Of a stretch of 64,000 bases of DNA, positions 41,397 to 51,825 are shown one piece after another. Positions within the stretch are counted from its first letter, which is position 1, and the number at the start of each line of letters is the position of its first letter. The stretch is from an uncultured Planctomycetaceae bacterium. GTDB taxonomy: Bacteria; Planctomycetota; Planctomycetia; Isosphaerales; Isosphaeraceae. The notes under the pieces were generated by a model that saw only the letters and a list, made by a program, of their open reading frames with translations, was not told where the DNA came from and made no database searches. The DNA is taken from assembly GCA_963833985.1 (NCBI GenBank), contig CAWIAD010000002.1, positions 5,440,001-5,504,000 of the forward strand, given 5' to 3'. The position numbers and the translations under genes were made by a program.

Positions 41397-44243
41397 TCAG
41401 CCTGCGCCACGCGTACGAGGCCGGTTACCGGGCCCGACCTGGTCGGCACGGGCACCCACATGGCCGGGTTGCACGCTCTCGATGGCGTAGTCGCCAGGCT
41501 CCAGGCCTTCGGGGTGCGCGTCCACCGCGCCCCAGAAGGTGATCTTGCCGCTCGACGGCTCCTCCTCGCGGGCCTGTCGCAGCCAGGCGTCGCGATCAAC
41601 GGCTGCCGTGGCGGCCCCGGGCGCTGGCTTGCCCAGCGCAAGCCACCACCTGGCGGGCGCAACGTCCAGCCGGTTTCCTTTTCCGCTCCATTGCAGTGCC
41701 TGAAGCCACCTTTCGGAGGCGGGCGCATCGCAGCCGATGAGCATGCTGGTGCGGACCGCGCAGCCGGTGGCTTCGATCTGGAGCGGAGTCTGCGGGGTGA
41801 ATCCGGCAAGCTGGATCAGGCCGGAGCCGGCAATGGTGCAATGGTCGAGCACCAGCTTGCGCAGCAGGCCGCTGGAGCGGCCGCTCATGTACTGGAGCCG
41901 CAGCGCCCAGTCAGCCGTGGCAGGGGAAAGCCCATCGGGCAGCGGCGCGGCTGGCAGCCAGTCCTGGCCTCTCCCCGCAGCACCGGGCACGATCATCGTC
42001 TGCCGGATCACGGTCGTCGCGCCGCCGATCGTATGAATCTCCAGGGCTGTGTGATAGCCCTTGAACCAGCAATACTCCACGGTCAGGTTGCCGCCCTCGG
42101 TGACCACTGCGCAACTCTCGTTCACCTCTGCCTGGTTCGCGACCTCGAAGGCACAATGGCGCAACTGGGCCGGCCCACCCGCCAGCAGCAGGACCGGACA
42201 GGCGGCAGCCTCGGAGCTGCCCGCGGCAGCCGGTTCACGGTAATTGACCCGGAATGTCAGTCCCTCCAGCGTCAGATGAATGCTCGGGCTGACGGCCAGG
42301 AACGGGTTCTTGCCATTGAGCTCCACGGCGAGCACCGGGTTGACGCCGGGCGCGGCCCGAACCTTGACGTATCCGGAGCCCGACAGGCTGATCGCCGGAG
42401 ATTTCGCCGGCATCACCAGGGGCTCGCGGTTATGGAGGATCACCGAGCCATCCGAGCCCAGGGCTTTTTCCAGGGCCTCGTACAGATCCTTGGCGGGGGT
42501 TTCCTCGCGCTCGCCCACGAGCACGGTGATCGCGTGCTCGACCTTCGTGCCGCCATGCTCGGCTGGCCTGGCCGACTCGCGGTCGGATCGGGGAGCCGTG
42601 GCTTGCTTGAGGGCGGTTGTGGCATTCTGGTCCGCGGCCCGCCCGGAATTCCGGTTGCCACCGAGCCATCGCGCCAGGGCAAAGCCGGCCGCCAGCAAGG
42701 CCAGGACACCGACCAGGGCCGCGACTCTCCAGTACCAGGAACCGGTGAGCCGCGCCAGGACATTCCGCAGCAGGCCCGTGGCCTGGTGGTCCGTCCCGCC
42801 CGGCCAGATCGTACCGCTCTGGGAAAGGGGCTTTTCCAGGCCGAACCACGAGCGATGCCGCGACAACGAGTCCGTGAGCGAGGGCTCGGGGCCCAGGTCC
42901 AGGATCAAGGGTACGTCCTCGGCGCTGCCCGGCTCGGGCTCGCCATGTGGGGTCAGTATCGGCGGAGCGGCGACCGCGGGGCCGCCGGCGGCTCGCTCCG
43001 ACGATGGAGCAACCGAGACCGGGTCCCTTCCCATTCGCGCACTTGCCGCAAGGTTCCCCGAGCCGGCTGCGAGATGGGAAGGGATGTGCACCACGGGCGC
43101 CCCGGGTTGGGCAGGGATACCCTCCACGGCTTGCTGCAATACGGCAGGCAGTTCCGCCGCCTCGTCCGGCAGCAGGGGCAAGGGCTCGGGGTCGGGCTCG
43201 CCGTTGCGAGCCCTGATCGGGTTGTCCAGGAAGGGCTCGAGCGCCTGGGCGACGTGCAGCGGTGTGGCATAGCGGTCCTGCGGTTGCTTCCTCATCATCG
43301 TCTGGACGACGCCCATGAACTCCGGAGGCATGTCCGGAACGAGCTGATCCAGCGGAGTCGGCTCCAGGGCCTGGTGCGCGAACAGCTTTTCCGGCAGGCT
43401 CGGGCTGGGAAAAGGGACCTGCCCGGTCACCATGTGGTAGAGCGTGCAACCCAGGGAGTAGATATCGCTGCGGATGTCGGCCGAGTGCGAGTGCCGGGCC
43501 TGTTCGGGGGCCACGTAATCGAAGGTCCCCACCGTGGCGCCCTCGCGGGTCACGCGCTCGTCGTCGGCCAGGTCGATCGCCAGACCGAGATCGGCCAGCT
43601 TGGCGATTCCGTCATGGGTCACCAGGATGTTGTACGGGTTGACGTCGCGGTGGATCAGCCCCTTGCGGTGAGCGTGCTCCAGTCCCAGGGTAATCTGCCA
43701 GGCGAGCCGGGCGGCCGTGGCGATGGGCATGGGTCCCTGCGCGGTGAGCAGGGCGCCGATGGTCTTGCCCTCGATGTACTCCATGACCAGGAAGAAGCGG
43801 CCGTTGGCCTGGCCGAAATCGTAGATCCGGACCAGGTTTTCATGCTGGAGCTGGGCACCGACGCGTGCCTCGCGCTTGAACCGCTCCACGGCCCGCGCGT
43901 TGTTCATCCGCTCGGGCGCCAGGATCTTCAAGGCCACCAGCCGGTTCAGCCGCGTATCGCGGGCCAGGTACACCCGTCCCATGCCCCCCTGGCCGATCAG
44001 TTCCAGTAGCAGGTAGCGATCGACCTGGAACCCGCTGGTGCGCCCGGCCAGAAGCTGCTGGGCCTGCCACAGGGTCAAGAAGTTCTGCTGCACGGCCTGG
44101 CGTGCCAGACGGCGGTCGAGGTGCTCGATGGCGTCGCGCTTCTCGAGTGGAATCGCGCTCCAGCACGCGGTCAAGCTCTCAACATCGAGCAGTCCGCTCT
44201 GCCGGGCGGCCATCCAGAATCGTGATGTCTGTGGCTCAGCCAT
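41397..44243 (-). CDS. Ser/Thr kinase with TM and C-terminal beta-helix-like domain
   Basis: IGQGGMGRVY, VALK, HRDVNPYN, DLG, GTFDYVAPE; repeated xCxF/xCTI strands. Confidence 0.9.
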   Translation of the reverse strand: MAEPQTSRFWMAARQSGLLDVESLTACWSAIPLEKRDAIEHLDRRLARQAVQQNFLTLWQAQQLLAGRTSGFQVDRYLLLELIGQGGMGRVYLARDTRLNRLVALKILAPERMNNARAVERFKREARVGAQLQHENLVRIYDFGQANGRFFLVMEYIEGKTIGALLTAQGPMPIATAARLAWQITLGLEHAHRKGLIHRDVNPYNILVTHDGIAKLADLGLAIDLADDERVTREGATVGTFDYVAPEQARHSHSADIRSDIYSLGCTLYHMVTGQVPFPSPSLPEKLFAHQALEPTPLDQLVPDMPPEFMGVVQTMMRKQPQDRYATPLHVAQALEPFLDNPIRARNGEPDPEPLPLLPDEAAELPAVLQQAVEGIPAQPGAPVVHIPSHLAAGSGNLAASARMGRDPVSVAPSSERAAGGPAVAAPPILTPHGEPEPGSAEDVPLILDLGPEPSLTDSLSRHRSWFGLEKPLSQSGTIWPGGTDHQATGLLRNVLARLTGSWYWRVAALVGVLALLAAGFALARWLGGNRNSGRAADQNATTALKQATAPRSDRESARPAEHGGTKVEHAITVLVGEREETPAKDLYEALEKALGSDGSVILHNREPLVMPAKSPAISLSGSGYVKVRAAPGVNPVLAVELNGKNPFLAVSPSIHLTLEGLTFRVNYREPAAAGSSEAAACPVLLLAGGPAQLRHCAFEVANQAEVNESCAVVTEGGNLTVEYCWFKGYHTALEIHTIGGATTVIRQTMIVPGAAGRGQDWLPAAPLPDGLSPATADWALRLQYMSGRSSGLLRKLVLDHCTIAGSGLIQLAGFTPQTPLQIEATGCAVRTSMLIGCDAPASERWLQALQWSGKGNRLDVAPARWWLALGKPAPGAATAAVDRDAWLRQAREEEPSSGKITFWGAVDAHPEGLEPGDYAIESVQPGHVGARADQVGPGNRPRTRGAG

Positions 44244-44668
44244 GAAGAGTCCAGGAACCGCCCGCACCATGCTCGGGCCACACGGAAGATGTGACCATTT
44301 CGCCGCTCAATGTAACATCTTACGTCAACCCCCTCAATAAACCCCCCGGCGCCGGAGCGGAAGCCCATCACGGGACAGCCGTCGGGACATTTTCAGAGAT
44401 CAAGACCACTGGCAGTGCATCCCGCCAGCTCTCCGCGAGCTGCCGCAAGATGATGTCACGCTGGTGGCAATCCCGGATGGGTGTGAACCGCTTGAGGGCT
44501 GGCCCAGGCCCCCGTGCCGTCATTGTGGGGAGTGCAACCATGACCAGTTCGCCTTGCTGTCGTTATATTATTGTCCGAGCAGGCAGGATGCGCGCAGACT
44601 CCCGTCCCCAATCCATTCGTCCGGCATTGTTTCCGTGTACCTGTCGACTCCTTCTGGAGATGTCCGCG

Positions 44669-46050
44669 ATGATCTCGGTATCGTGCTCTTGCGGCAGGAA
44701 GTTCAAGGCGGACGACCATCATGCGGGCAAGCGCACGAAGTGTCCGGTCTGCGGCAACGTCCTGACAATCGGTCCGGCCCCGGTCACACCCGCATCGGGC
44801 GAGTATGACAACGGCCAGGTGCCTTCCTGGTGGTTTCCCGCGGAGAACCCCGCGCGTTCCCCCACGCAGCAACCCCCGCGGCCGCCCGCCGCACAGCCCC
44901 GCAGTGGCAGCAACCCGGACGACATCCAGACGGCTGTGATTGCCGCAACATCAGGTCAGTCGGCTTCCACATCGGGAAGTGAGGACAGGATCGGTACCTC
45001 GTCCACCCCGTTTCCGGTGTTCGGCGTGGGGAACCTGAAGCTCGTGCTGGGTCTGATGGCTGGCACTCTCCTGCTCTGCCTGATCGGGCTGGGGCTTGTG
45101 ATCTGGCTGCAAACCACCGCCCAGCGAGGGCCCGCCGCGGCACCGGGACAGCCTCTGCCCGCGGCCAACCAGGCCGGCAACGGCCAGCCGGACGCCGATT
45201 CCAGACCACCGCGGCCAGGGGACCAGACCCCCGGGCCCGTCACCGACACCATTCCCGCAACGGCATCCCAGGCCACCGTTCCCCATGAGCTCACGGCGGT
45301 AACCAGCGTGCGGAACCGGCCAGCCGTGGCGGCAGCGGCATCGGTGCCGGCGTTGCGACTGATCGTCCCCGCCTACTTCTACCCCGCGGGACCGGGGCTC
45401 ATCGCATGGCAGCGCGTCATCGAGGCTGGTCCCCGCATCAATATCGTCGCGATCGCGAATCCCAACACAGGTCCTGGCAAAGAACGCAATAATGATTACT
45501 CACTGATATTTCAGGCGGCCAGGGAAAAAGGGATCGCGGTCGTCGGCTATGTCAGCACCGACTACGCGAAACGGATGCTTCCCGACGTCAAGGCCGAGAT
45601 CAACCGCTGGGTGGAGTTCTACCCGCAGATCCAGGGCTTCTTCTTCGATCAGCAGTCCACCAGTCCGAGCCAGCTGTCCTTCTACATGGCCGTGCGCGAT
45701 CACGCCCGCAGCAAGATCAAGGATGCCCTGGTGATCGACAACCCCGGAACCGTCTGCGACCCGTCGTACTTCTCCGAGCGGGCTGCGGACGTCACCTGCA
45801 TCTTCGCCAGCTATGAGGGCTTTGGCCAGTTCAGCCCGCCCGCGTCGCTCTGGCAGTTCGAACCGGCACGATTTGCTGCCTTGTGCTACCAGATCCCCGA
45901 TGCCGCGGCCATGCGGCAGATCGTCCATGAAGCAATGCTCAAGCACATCGGCTACCTGTATATCTCCGACGCACCCCGGGGAAGCAATCCCTGGCGCAGC
46001 TTCCGGCATACTGGGAAGACGAGGTGCACGCCGCCGCCGAGGCGAAGTAG
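44669..46050 (+). CDS. Zinc-ribbon + TM + spherulation-specific family 4 (GH135-like) protein (frameshift near 45994)
   Basis: CSCG...CPVCG; IVPAYFYP, IANPNTGPG, VGYVST.Y, GFFFD, NPG; restored NPWAQLPAYWEDEV. Confidence 0.85.
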
Positions 46051-46284
46051 CCCGGACGGTCCGCGCGATGCTCCCCGTGTGATTCTTTTCGGGCATGGAG
46101 TGTTGCTTGCTTGCCACGTTCAACGCTTGCAGGCAGCGTCCCAGTCACTCACGAGATGCCAAGGCGTTTAACTGGTGCGGATCACAGAAACGCAGCAAGC
46201 AAATCGACCCGTCTGTCGCACCAGGGCTATTCAGCTCGCCAGGTCTCTGGACGCACGGGTTCCTGACCGGAGGTACGTCCTTCG

Positions 46285-46533
46285 ATGGCAAGGTCTCGCT
46301 GGATTCTTCCCAGTCCCGATGCGGCCTGCGGCAAGGTCTTTCACGCCGATCGCCTGAGCGCGGAGGGGTATCGGATCGGACTGGAGGTCTGGAACCGCGC
46401 CACTGGCCGTGAGCGGGCTGATTATCGTCTTGTCACATTCCGCTGCCGGCGTTGCGGGGGCTTTCATGTCGTCCGGAGAAAGAACAGGCCCAACGTGGTG
46501 CAAACACCTCTCGCGCTCGCCGTCACGGCTTGA
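46285..46533 (+). CDS. Small putative zinc-binding protein
   Basis: GGAGG RBS; CGK...CRRCGGFH. Confidence 0.6.
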   Translation: MARSRWILPSPDAACGKVFHADRLSAEGYRIGLEVWNRATGRERADYRLVTFRCRRCGGFHVVRRKNRPNVVQTPLALAVTA

Positions 46534-46637
46534 CCGGCGAGCGTTCAACGCTGGAACGCCGGTGCCGGCTCCGGGCCTTACGGCCTGGGACGGCACCGGC
46601 GTCCAGGTTGACTGCCAGGTGCGATTGCGGCTCAGGT

Positions 46638-47945
46638 TCAGCACCGATCCGGTGGGGAACGCGGTTGATAGCCGCGGTGGGCCCTGGATGAGCGGCCCGC
46701 GTTCTGCCAGGCCCTGGGCTGCACCCGGCGGCAAGCTGCCGCGCGGCCCAGCCTGGCAAGATCGCGACGCGCTGATCCGGCTCGCACGTTCTGCGGCCGT
46801 GATGGTGCACTCGGCCGGACGCCAGGGCCAGGAACGGTGCAGACGATGGATCGCGGTCTGAGCCGCGGTACATCGGCATGCCGCGCCGAACCCGGAACCA
46901 ACCCGGTACCCGCCTCCGGTTCCGCGGCCATGCGCGAAGGGCATGGCGAGCCTGACCAGCCGCGTTCGCCCGGGTCCTGCGTGGAAGCCTGAAGCGGATC
47001 CGTGCCGAAGGTAGAGGGTGCGATACCGTACTCTTCAGCGACCGGTTCCGGGACGATCCCCTCGGCGGCAGAGTCGCCGCGCTCGGGAGTCATCGCCGGG
47101 GCGACCAGAGCGGCTGGCTCCGGCCATTCCCCGCTGGCTTGCGGGTCGAAGGCGGTCATCGAGGAGTCGGGTTCCGTTTCCGGTTCCCGGACCTCGGCCG
47201 TCTCCGGCGTGGCGGCAGGACGTTCGGGCTCGTCAGCGAGTTCTGGCTCGCGCAGGTCCTCCGGCAGTGGTGCGAGAACCTCGGATGGGGGGACCGCCGC
47301 TGGACCGGGTTCGTCAGCCGGACCCGGTAATGAGCCGTCCGCCTCGGTCAATGCCGGGAGGGCATCGAACGGGGCATGAGGCTCTGGTCCGGAAGAAAGC
47401 TCCTGGCCATGGCTATCCGCACGAACGAACTTGCCCGGGCCGACACGGATCCAGGCCGCCGTGGTGGGAGCCGCGGCCGGCTCTGGTCCCGCTCTGCCCC
47501 CTTTTCGAGATCCACCGCGAGAGCGGCGGCGCTTCGGGGGTTCGACGCCCGGAAGGGGCTCACCCGGGCTGGGAGCCTGAAAGGAACCGTCCCTGGCCCC
47601 GGTGCTCGGTGCCGGTGCGTCCGCGCTGGGATGCGTGAGGCGGTTCGCCTCTGGCACCTGATGCGCCGCGCCGTCATCCGCCGGAAAGGCCGGAGCCGGT
47701 TCGTGCAAGCCCTGAGCCCGGGGAACGACAAAGATCAGGACCATCGTGGTCACGTAGATCGGAACCATCCAGACCGAGATCGAGGCGACCGCCCAGCTCG
47801 TCAGGCCCATCAGCACAGCGAGCGCCACGAGTGCCACGGTGTAGGCAGGCTCTTGCCGGCGGGTGCCGGAATCGGCCGGCCGGACCGGATCGTGGCGGTG
47901 CACGCTGGACGCTGGACGCTGCCGGGATGTGCTTGACGACCGCAT
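46638..47945 (-). CDS. Pro/Glu-rich disordered membrane protein
   Basis: Two N-terminal TMs, WIRVGPGKFVR island, low-complexity tail. Confidence 0.6.
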   Translation of the reverse strand: MRSSSTSRQRPASSVHRHDPVRPADSGTRRQEPAYTVALVALAVLMGLTSWAVASISVWMVPIYVTTMVLIFVVPRAQGLHEPAPAFPADDGAAHQVPEANRLTHPSADAPAPSTGARDGSFQAPSPGEPLPGVEPPKRRRSRGGSRKGGRAGPEPAAAPTTAAWIRVGPGKFVRADSHGQELSSGPEPHAPFDALPALTEADGSLPGPADEPGPAAVPPSEVLAPLPEDLREPELADEPERPAATPETAEVREPETEPDSSMTAFDPQASGEWPEPAALVAPAMTPERGDSAAEGIVPEPVAEEYGIAPSTFGTDPLQASTQDPGERGWSGSPCPSRMAAEPEAGTGLVPGSARHADVPRLRPRSIVCTVPGPGVRPSAPSRPQNVRAGSARRDLARLGRAAACRRVQPRAWQNAGRSSRAHRGYQPRSPPDRC

Positions 47946-48300
47946 CGTGTGAGTGCTCGACGTCGGGCTCAAGGAGGTTCCATCCTGCTTGACACGCGTT
48001 GAACCGGCGCGACCGATCGAGTCTTCCAGCTTTTCGCCATCCAACTCTTCGGAGCGGCCGGTGATCTTGTCCCAATCCGTGCCAGGGGAGAGCACCGCCG
48101 CCGTGGGCGACGGCTCCCTTCCCTCCCAGCTCTATCGACCAGCGAGCCGGGCAAACTCATGCCTTTGACACCGGGCAAACACACCATGAACTGCCAGTTG
48201 CAGCCGGTATCATATTTGCGTTGAGAGTGCCTCTGGCGCAGGCGCAGGCAACCGTTCCGGGAACGGCAACCTTGCGGCTTTTGCCAGTTGGGACCAGACC

Positions 48301-49248
48301 ATGATCGCGACCCGGAGCAAAAGACGCCTGCTGTCGGCAATGCACCTCGGCGGCCTCACTTTTCGCGAGGCCAGCGTGAGAACCTGGAACAAGTTCAACG
48401 AGCACGAGATCCTCACGCGTGCCGCGGCCATCTCGTTTTACGCACTTGCGGCGCTGGTTCCGTTCCTGGCGCTGGTGATCACCCTCAGCGCCTGGTTCCT
48501 GCCGCGCATCGCCTGGGTGCTTCCCTGGGTCAATCAAGGCGCCGACGATCCGCAAGGGGCGGCCGCCAACGCGATGACCCTGTTGCAGGACTTGCTCCCC
48601 TCCGACGCGGCATCCGTGCTGGGCCGGGAGCTGGAGACCCTCCAGAAGAGGCCGCCGACCGGGCTGGTCTCCTTCGGCCTGGCCGCCCTGCTCTGGCTCT
48701 CTTCCAGCCTGTTCGTCGCGGTCATGGACACGATGAACCGGATCATGGGCGTCACGGAGACACGGCCCTTCTGGCGGGTCCGGCTCGCCGCCATGCTGAT
48801 GACGCTCATCCAGGCGGGCATCCTGATCATCGCGTTCGTGACGACCTTGCTCTGGCCCCAGATCGTGCACTGGCTGGGGCTGAGCCAGCCGGCGGCCGTG
48901 CTGGCCACGATCGTTCAGGGCCTGACGGTCTTCATCATCATCCTGCTGAGCTTCGCGCTGGCGATGTATTTCGGGCCGGACGCCGACCAGAGCTGGGAGT
49001 GGATCACGCCTGGCAGCCTGATCGGTACGCTCGTCCTCCTGTGCGTGAGCCTGCTCTTCCGCTTCTACGTCCAGACCTGGGCCAACTACAGTGCGACCTA
49101 CGGTTCGCTCGCCGGCGTCGTGATCCTCATGAGCTGGCTCTGGGTCTGCTGCATCGGTCTGCTCACGGCGGCCGAATTCAACAAGGTGATCGAGGACGCG
49201 TCGCCGCTGGGCAAGGCGTACGGTCAGAGGCGTGAGCGTCAACCTTGA
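48301..49248 (+). CDS. YihY/virulence factor BrkB family membrane protein
   Basis: AAAISFY...VPFL, PGSL, Y.ATYGSLAGVVILM.W. Confidence 0.9.
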   Translation: MIATRSKRRLLSAMHLGGLTFREASVRTWNKFNEHEILTRAAAISFYALAALVPFLALVITLSAWFLPRIAWVLPWVNQGADDPQGAAANAMTLLQDLLPSDAASVLGRELETLQKRPPTGLVSFGLAALLWLSSSLFVAVMDTMNRIMGVTETRPFWRVRLAAMLMTLIQAGILIIAFVTTLLWPQIVHWLGLSQPAAVLATIVQGLTVFIIILLSFALAMYFGPDADQSWEWITPGSLIGTLVLLCVSLLFRFYVQTWANYSATYGSLAGVVILMSWLWVCCIGLLTAAEFNKVIEDASPLGKAYGQRRERQP

Positions 49249-50201
49249 GGCCGGTGCGGCCTGGACTTCTCCAGTAGTGCTGCGGCGCCCTGCTCCCGCA
49301 GCGCCTGGGCGACACGCCGGCCCAGCTCGTCGGGCCGGTCAAGCGGGCCGGCCAGCGCGGCGCTCAGGCACGAGCGTCCGTCCGGGTCGAACACGGCGGC
49401 GTCCAGGGCGAGCGTGGCCGATCCGCCGCCAGTAGCCGGCACGTCACGGCCCCAGGCGGCCATGGGAACCAGGCAGCCGCCCTCCAGCTCGGCCAGTGCG
49501 GTGCGCTCGGCCATCACGGCTCGGTTCGTGGGTGCATCATCGAGGGCCCGCAGCAGCGACCTCGTTGCTTCATCATCGCCGCGGCACTCCAGTCCCAGCG
49601 CCCCCTGCCCCACGGCGGGCAGGAACCTGGGGGGAGCGAGCCGCTCGGTGATGTGCTCTTCCAGCCCGAGACGATGCATTCCCGCGCAGGCCAGGACCAC
49701 CGCGTCGAGCGATCCCTCGAGCGCCTGCCTGAGCCGGGTTTCCACGTTGCCCCGCACACTGACCACGTGCAGGTCGGGCCTGAGGTGCAGCAACTGGGCG
49801 CGGCGGCGCAGCGAGCTGGTACCGATGCGCATCCCGGCGGGGAGGGCCTCCAGCGTGCATGCCAGGGGGGCGATGAGGGCATCGGCCAGGTCCTCGCGCG
49901 GGGGCGTGGCGGCCAGGACCAGGCCGTCCGGAGTGCGTGTGGGAAGGTCCTTGAGGCTGTGCACCGCCAGGTCGACCAGGCCCTCAAGGACCGCGCGCTG
50001 GATCTCCTTGGTGAACACGCCCGTGCCGCCGATGGCGGCCAGCGGCGAGCTGCGGTCGCGGTCTCCCTGCGTGCGGATCTCCACGATTGCCACTTCCAGC
50101 CCGGGATGGAGCACGCGCAGCCGGTCCGCCACCCACTCGGCTTGCCAGCGAGCCAGGCGGCTGCCCCGTGTGCCAATCCGCAAGGTTGAGTGTTCGCCCA
50201 T
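49239..50201 (-). CDS. hemC: Hydroxymethylbilane synthase
   Basis: IGTRGSRLA, FTKEI, AVHSLKD, GTSSLRR, RGNV, PAVGQGAL, LEGGC. Confidence 0.96.
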   Translation of the reverse strand: MGEHSTLRIGTRGSRLARWQAEWVADRLRVLHPGLEVAIVEIRTQGDRDRSSPLAAIGGTGVFTKEIQRAVLEGLVDLAVHSLKDLPTRTPDGLVLAATPPREDLADALIAPLACTLEALPAGMRIGTSSLRRRAQLLHLRPDLHVVSVRGNVETRLRQALEGSLDAVVLACAGMHRLGLEEHITERLAPPRFLPAVGQGALGLECRGDDEATRSLLRALDDAPTNRAVMAERTALAELEGGCLVPMAAWGRDVPATGGGSATLALDAAVFDPDGRSCLSAALAGPLDRPDELGRRVAQALREQGAAALLEKSRPHRPQG

Positions 50202-50256
50202 CAGGCTCTTGCCTTCCAGTGCAAAGCGGTGCGGTGCGGTGGAGCGGGAAAACGGT

Positions 50257-51048
50257 TCAGGGCGTTCGTGCCACGACGGTCACGACAACTTGCCCGGCAC
50301 CGCCCTGCTTGAGCGTGCGCGCCGCTGCGCCGCAGGTGGCGCCCGTCGTCAAGATATCGTCCACCAGGATGACGGTCCGGCCAGCCAGACCCGCACGGTC
50401 GCGTATGCGAAAGGCGCGGCTCATGGCGGCCATGCGCTCTTCCGCGCTCAAATGCGCCAGGTGATCAGTGGCCCTGATGCGGCGCAATGGCTGGTGGACG
50501 CAGAGACCGAGCCGGGCCGCCAGCCCACCGGCCAGTCCTTCCGCCTGATTGTAACCGCGGCTCATGCGCCGCCACCAGTGAAGCGGCACCGGGACGATCC
50601 AGGCATCGCCGGGCAAACGCGCCAGCTCCGCGTGCCAGGCCTCGGCCAGCAGGCGGCCCAACCAGGGCGCCAGCCAGGCGTTGCGATCTGCCTTGAGTTT
50701 CAGACAGAGACCGCGCAGCACGCTCGCGTAGGCCCCCAGCGCGAACGCGGCGTCAAAACCTGGGGGCTGGCTCAGGCAGCGGACGCAGCCCTTCCACGTG
50801 GCATCGCCCGCACCGGCAATGGGTAATGCACAGCGCGGGCAGGCCAGCGCGGCCGCCTTTGCCGCGGAGGCAAGCAGCCAGGCCCGGCATGTCGGGCAAA
50901 AGGGAGCCTGCTGCGAGTCTTCCTCCCTGCCGCAAAGCAGGCACTTCCAGGGAAACACCAGGTCGGTCCAGGCCCGCCCGCAACGGCCAAGGCCCTGAAG
51001 TACGAGTTGCCGGATCGCAACGGGAGGCGGAGGAGCCAAGGCGTTCAT
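50257..51048 (-). CDS. ComF family protein (zinc ribbon + PRTase)
   Basis: CxxC pairs, VPVPLH..R...RGYNQA, LVDDILTTGAT. Confidence 0.92.
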   Translation of the reverse strand: MNALAPPPPVAIRQLVLQGLGRCGRAWTDLVFPWKCLLCGREEDSQQAPFCPTCRAWLLASAAKAAALACPRCALPIAGAGDATWKGCVRCLSQPPGFDAAFALGAYASVLRGLCLKLKADRNAWLAPWLGRLLAEAWHAELARLPGDAWIVPVPLHWWRRMSRGYNQAEGLAGGLAARLGLCVHQPLRRIRATDHLAHLSAEERMAAMSRAFRIRDRAGLAGRTVILVDDILTTGATCGAAARTLKQGGAGQVVVTVVARTP

Positions 51049-51104
51049 CTCGCGTGGCCAGCAGCCACCAATGCCGGAACTGGATCCTGGTGTGTCTCGA
51101 CGAA

Positions 51105-51776
51105 TCAGGTCGCCCCTTTTTCCTTTCCCCGCACACCGCTGGCGAGGTACGGGCCAAGCTGCTCGCGCAGCTCGTTGCGGGCTCGGGCGAGCAGCGACTT
51201 GACGGCCGTCGGCGAGCGGCTCATCACCTCGCCAATCTCGGCATAGCTCATGTCCTCGAACTTGTTCAGCAGCACGGCCATCCGCTGGTCCTCGCCGAGC
51301 ACTCGCAGGGCCTCGCGCACGACCTCCGAAAGTTCAATCTGGCGGACCTGCGACGAGGCGCTGGCCTCCCGCGAGGGGATCTGCTGGGCCAGCGGCAGGG
51401 CAGACTGCGAATCCGCCGCAACGCCGCTCATCGGCACCGACGGGTTGCGTCCTTTTGACCGGAGGTGATTGAGGGCCAGGTTGTTGGCGATGGTGAAGAG
51501 CCATGTGGAGAACTTGGCGCGCGGGCGGTAACCTTTGCGAGCCTTGTAGATGCGCAGGAATACGTCCTGGCTCAGGTCTTCGGCTTCCTCGAGGTTCCCC
51601 ACCAGATGGTAGAGAATCCCCACAAGCCGGTCCTGGTAGTGCTCCACCAGAACTTCGAAGGCGCCGGGAGTGTCGTCACGCACCTGAAGCATGAGCCGGA
51701 CGTCCGGGTCTTTCGCCTCCAGTTGACGTCCCAGGATGTCCAGCTCGCCACGGCTCACGAACAGGTCCTCCAGCAA
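51105..51776 (-). CDS. ECF RNA polymerase sigma factor (start uncertain)
   Basis: EAEDLSQDVF, FSTWLFTIA, SYAEI, VKSLLARAR. Confidence 0.9.
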   Translation of the reverse strand: MLEDLFVSRGELDILGRQLEAKDPDVRLMLQVRDDTPGAFEVLVEHYQDRLVGILYHLVGNLEEAEDLSQDVFLRIYKARKGYRPRAKFSTWLFTIANNLALNHLRSKGRNPSVPMSGVAADSQSALPLAQQIPSREASASSQVRQIELSEVVREALRVLGEDQRMAVLLNKFEDMSYAEIGEVMSRSPTAVKSLLARARNELREQLGPYLASGVRGKEKGAT

Positions 51777-51825
51777 TGGGCCACGCGGCCACGCGGTGAG
51801 ATCAAGCCCTGGAGACGCGGCTCCC

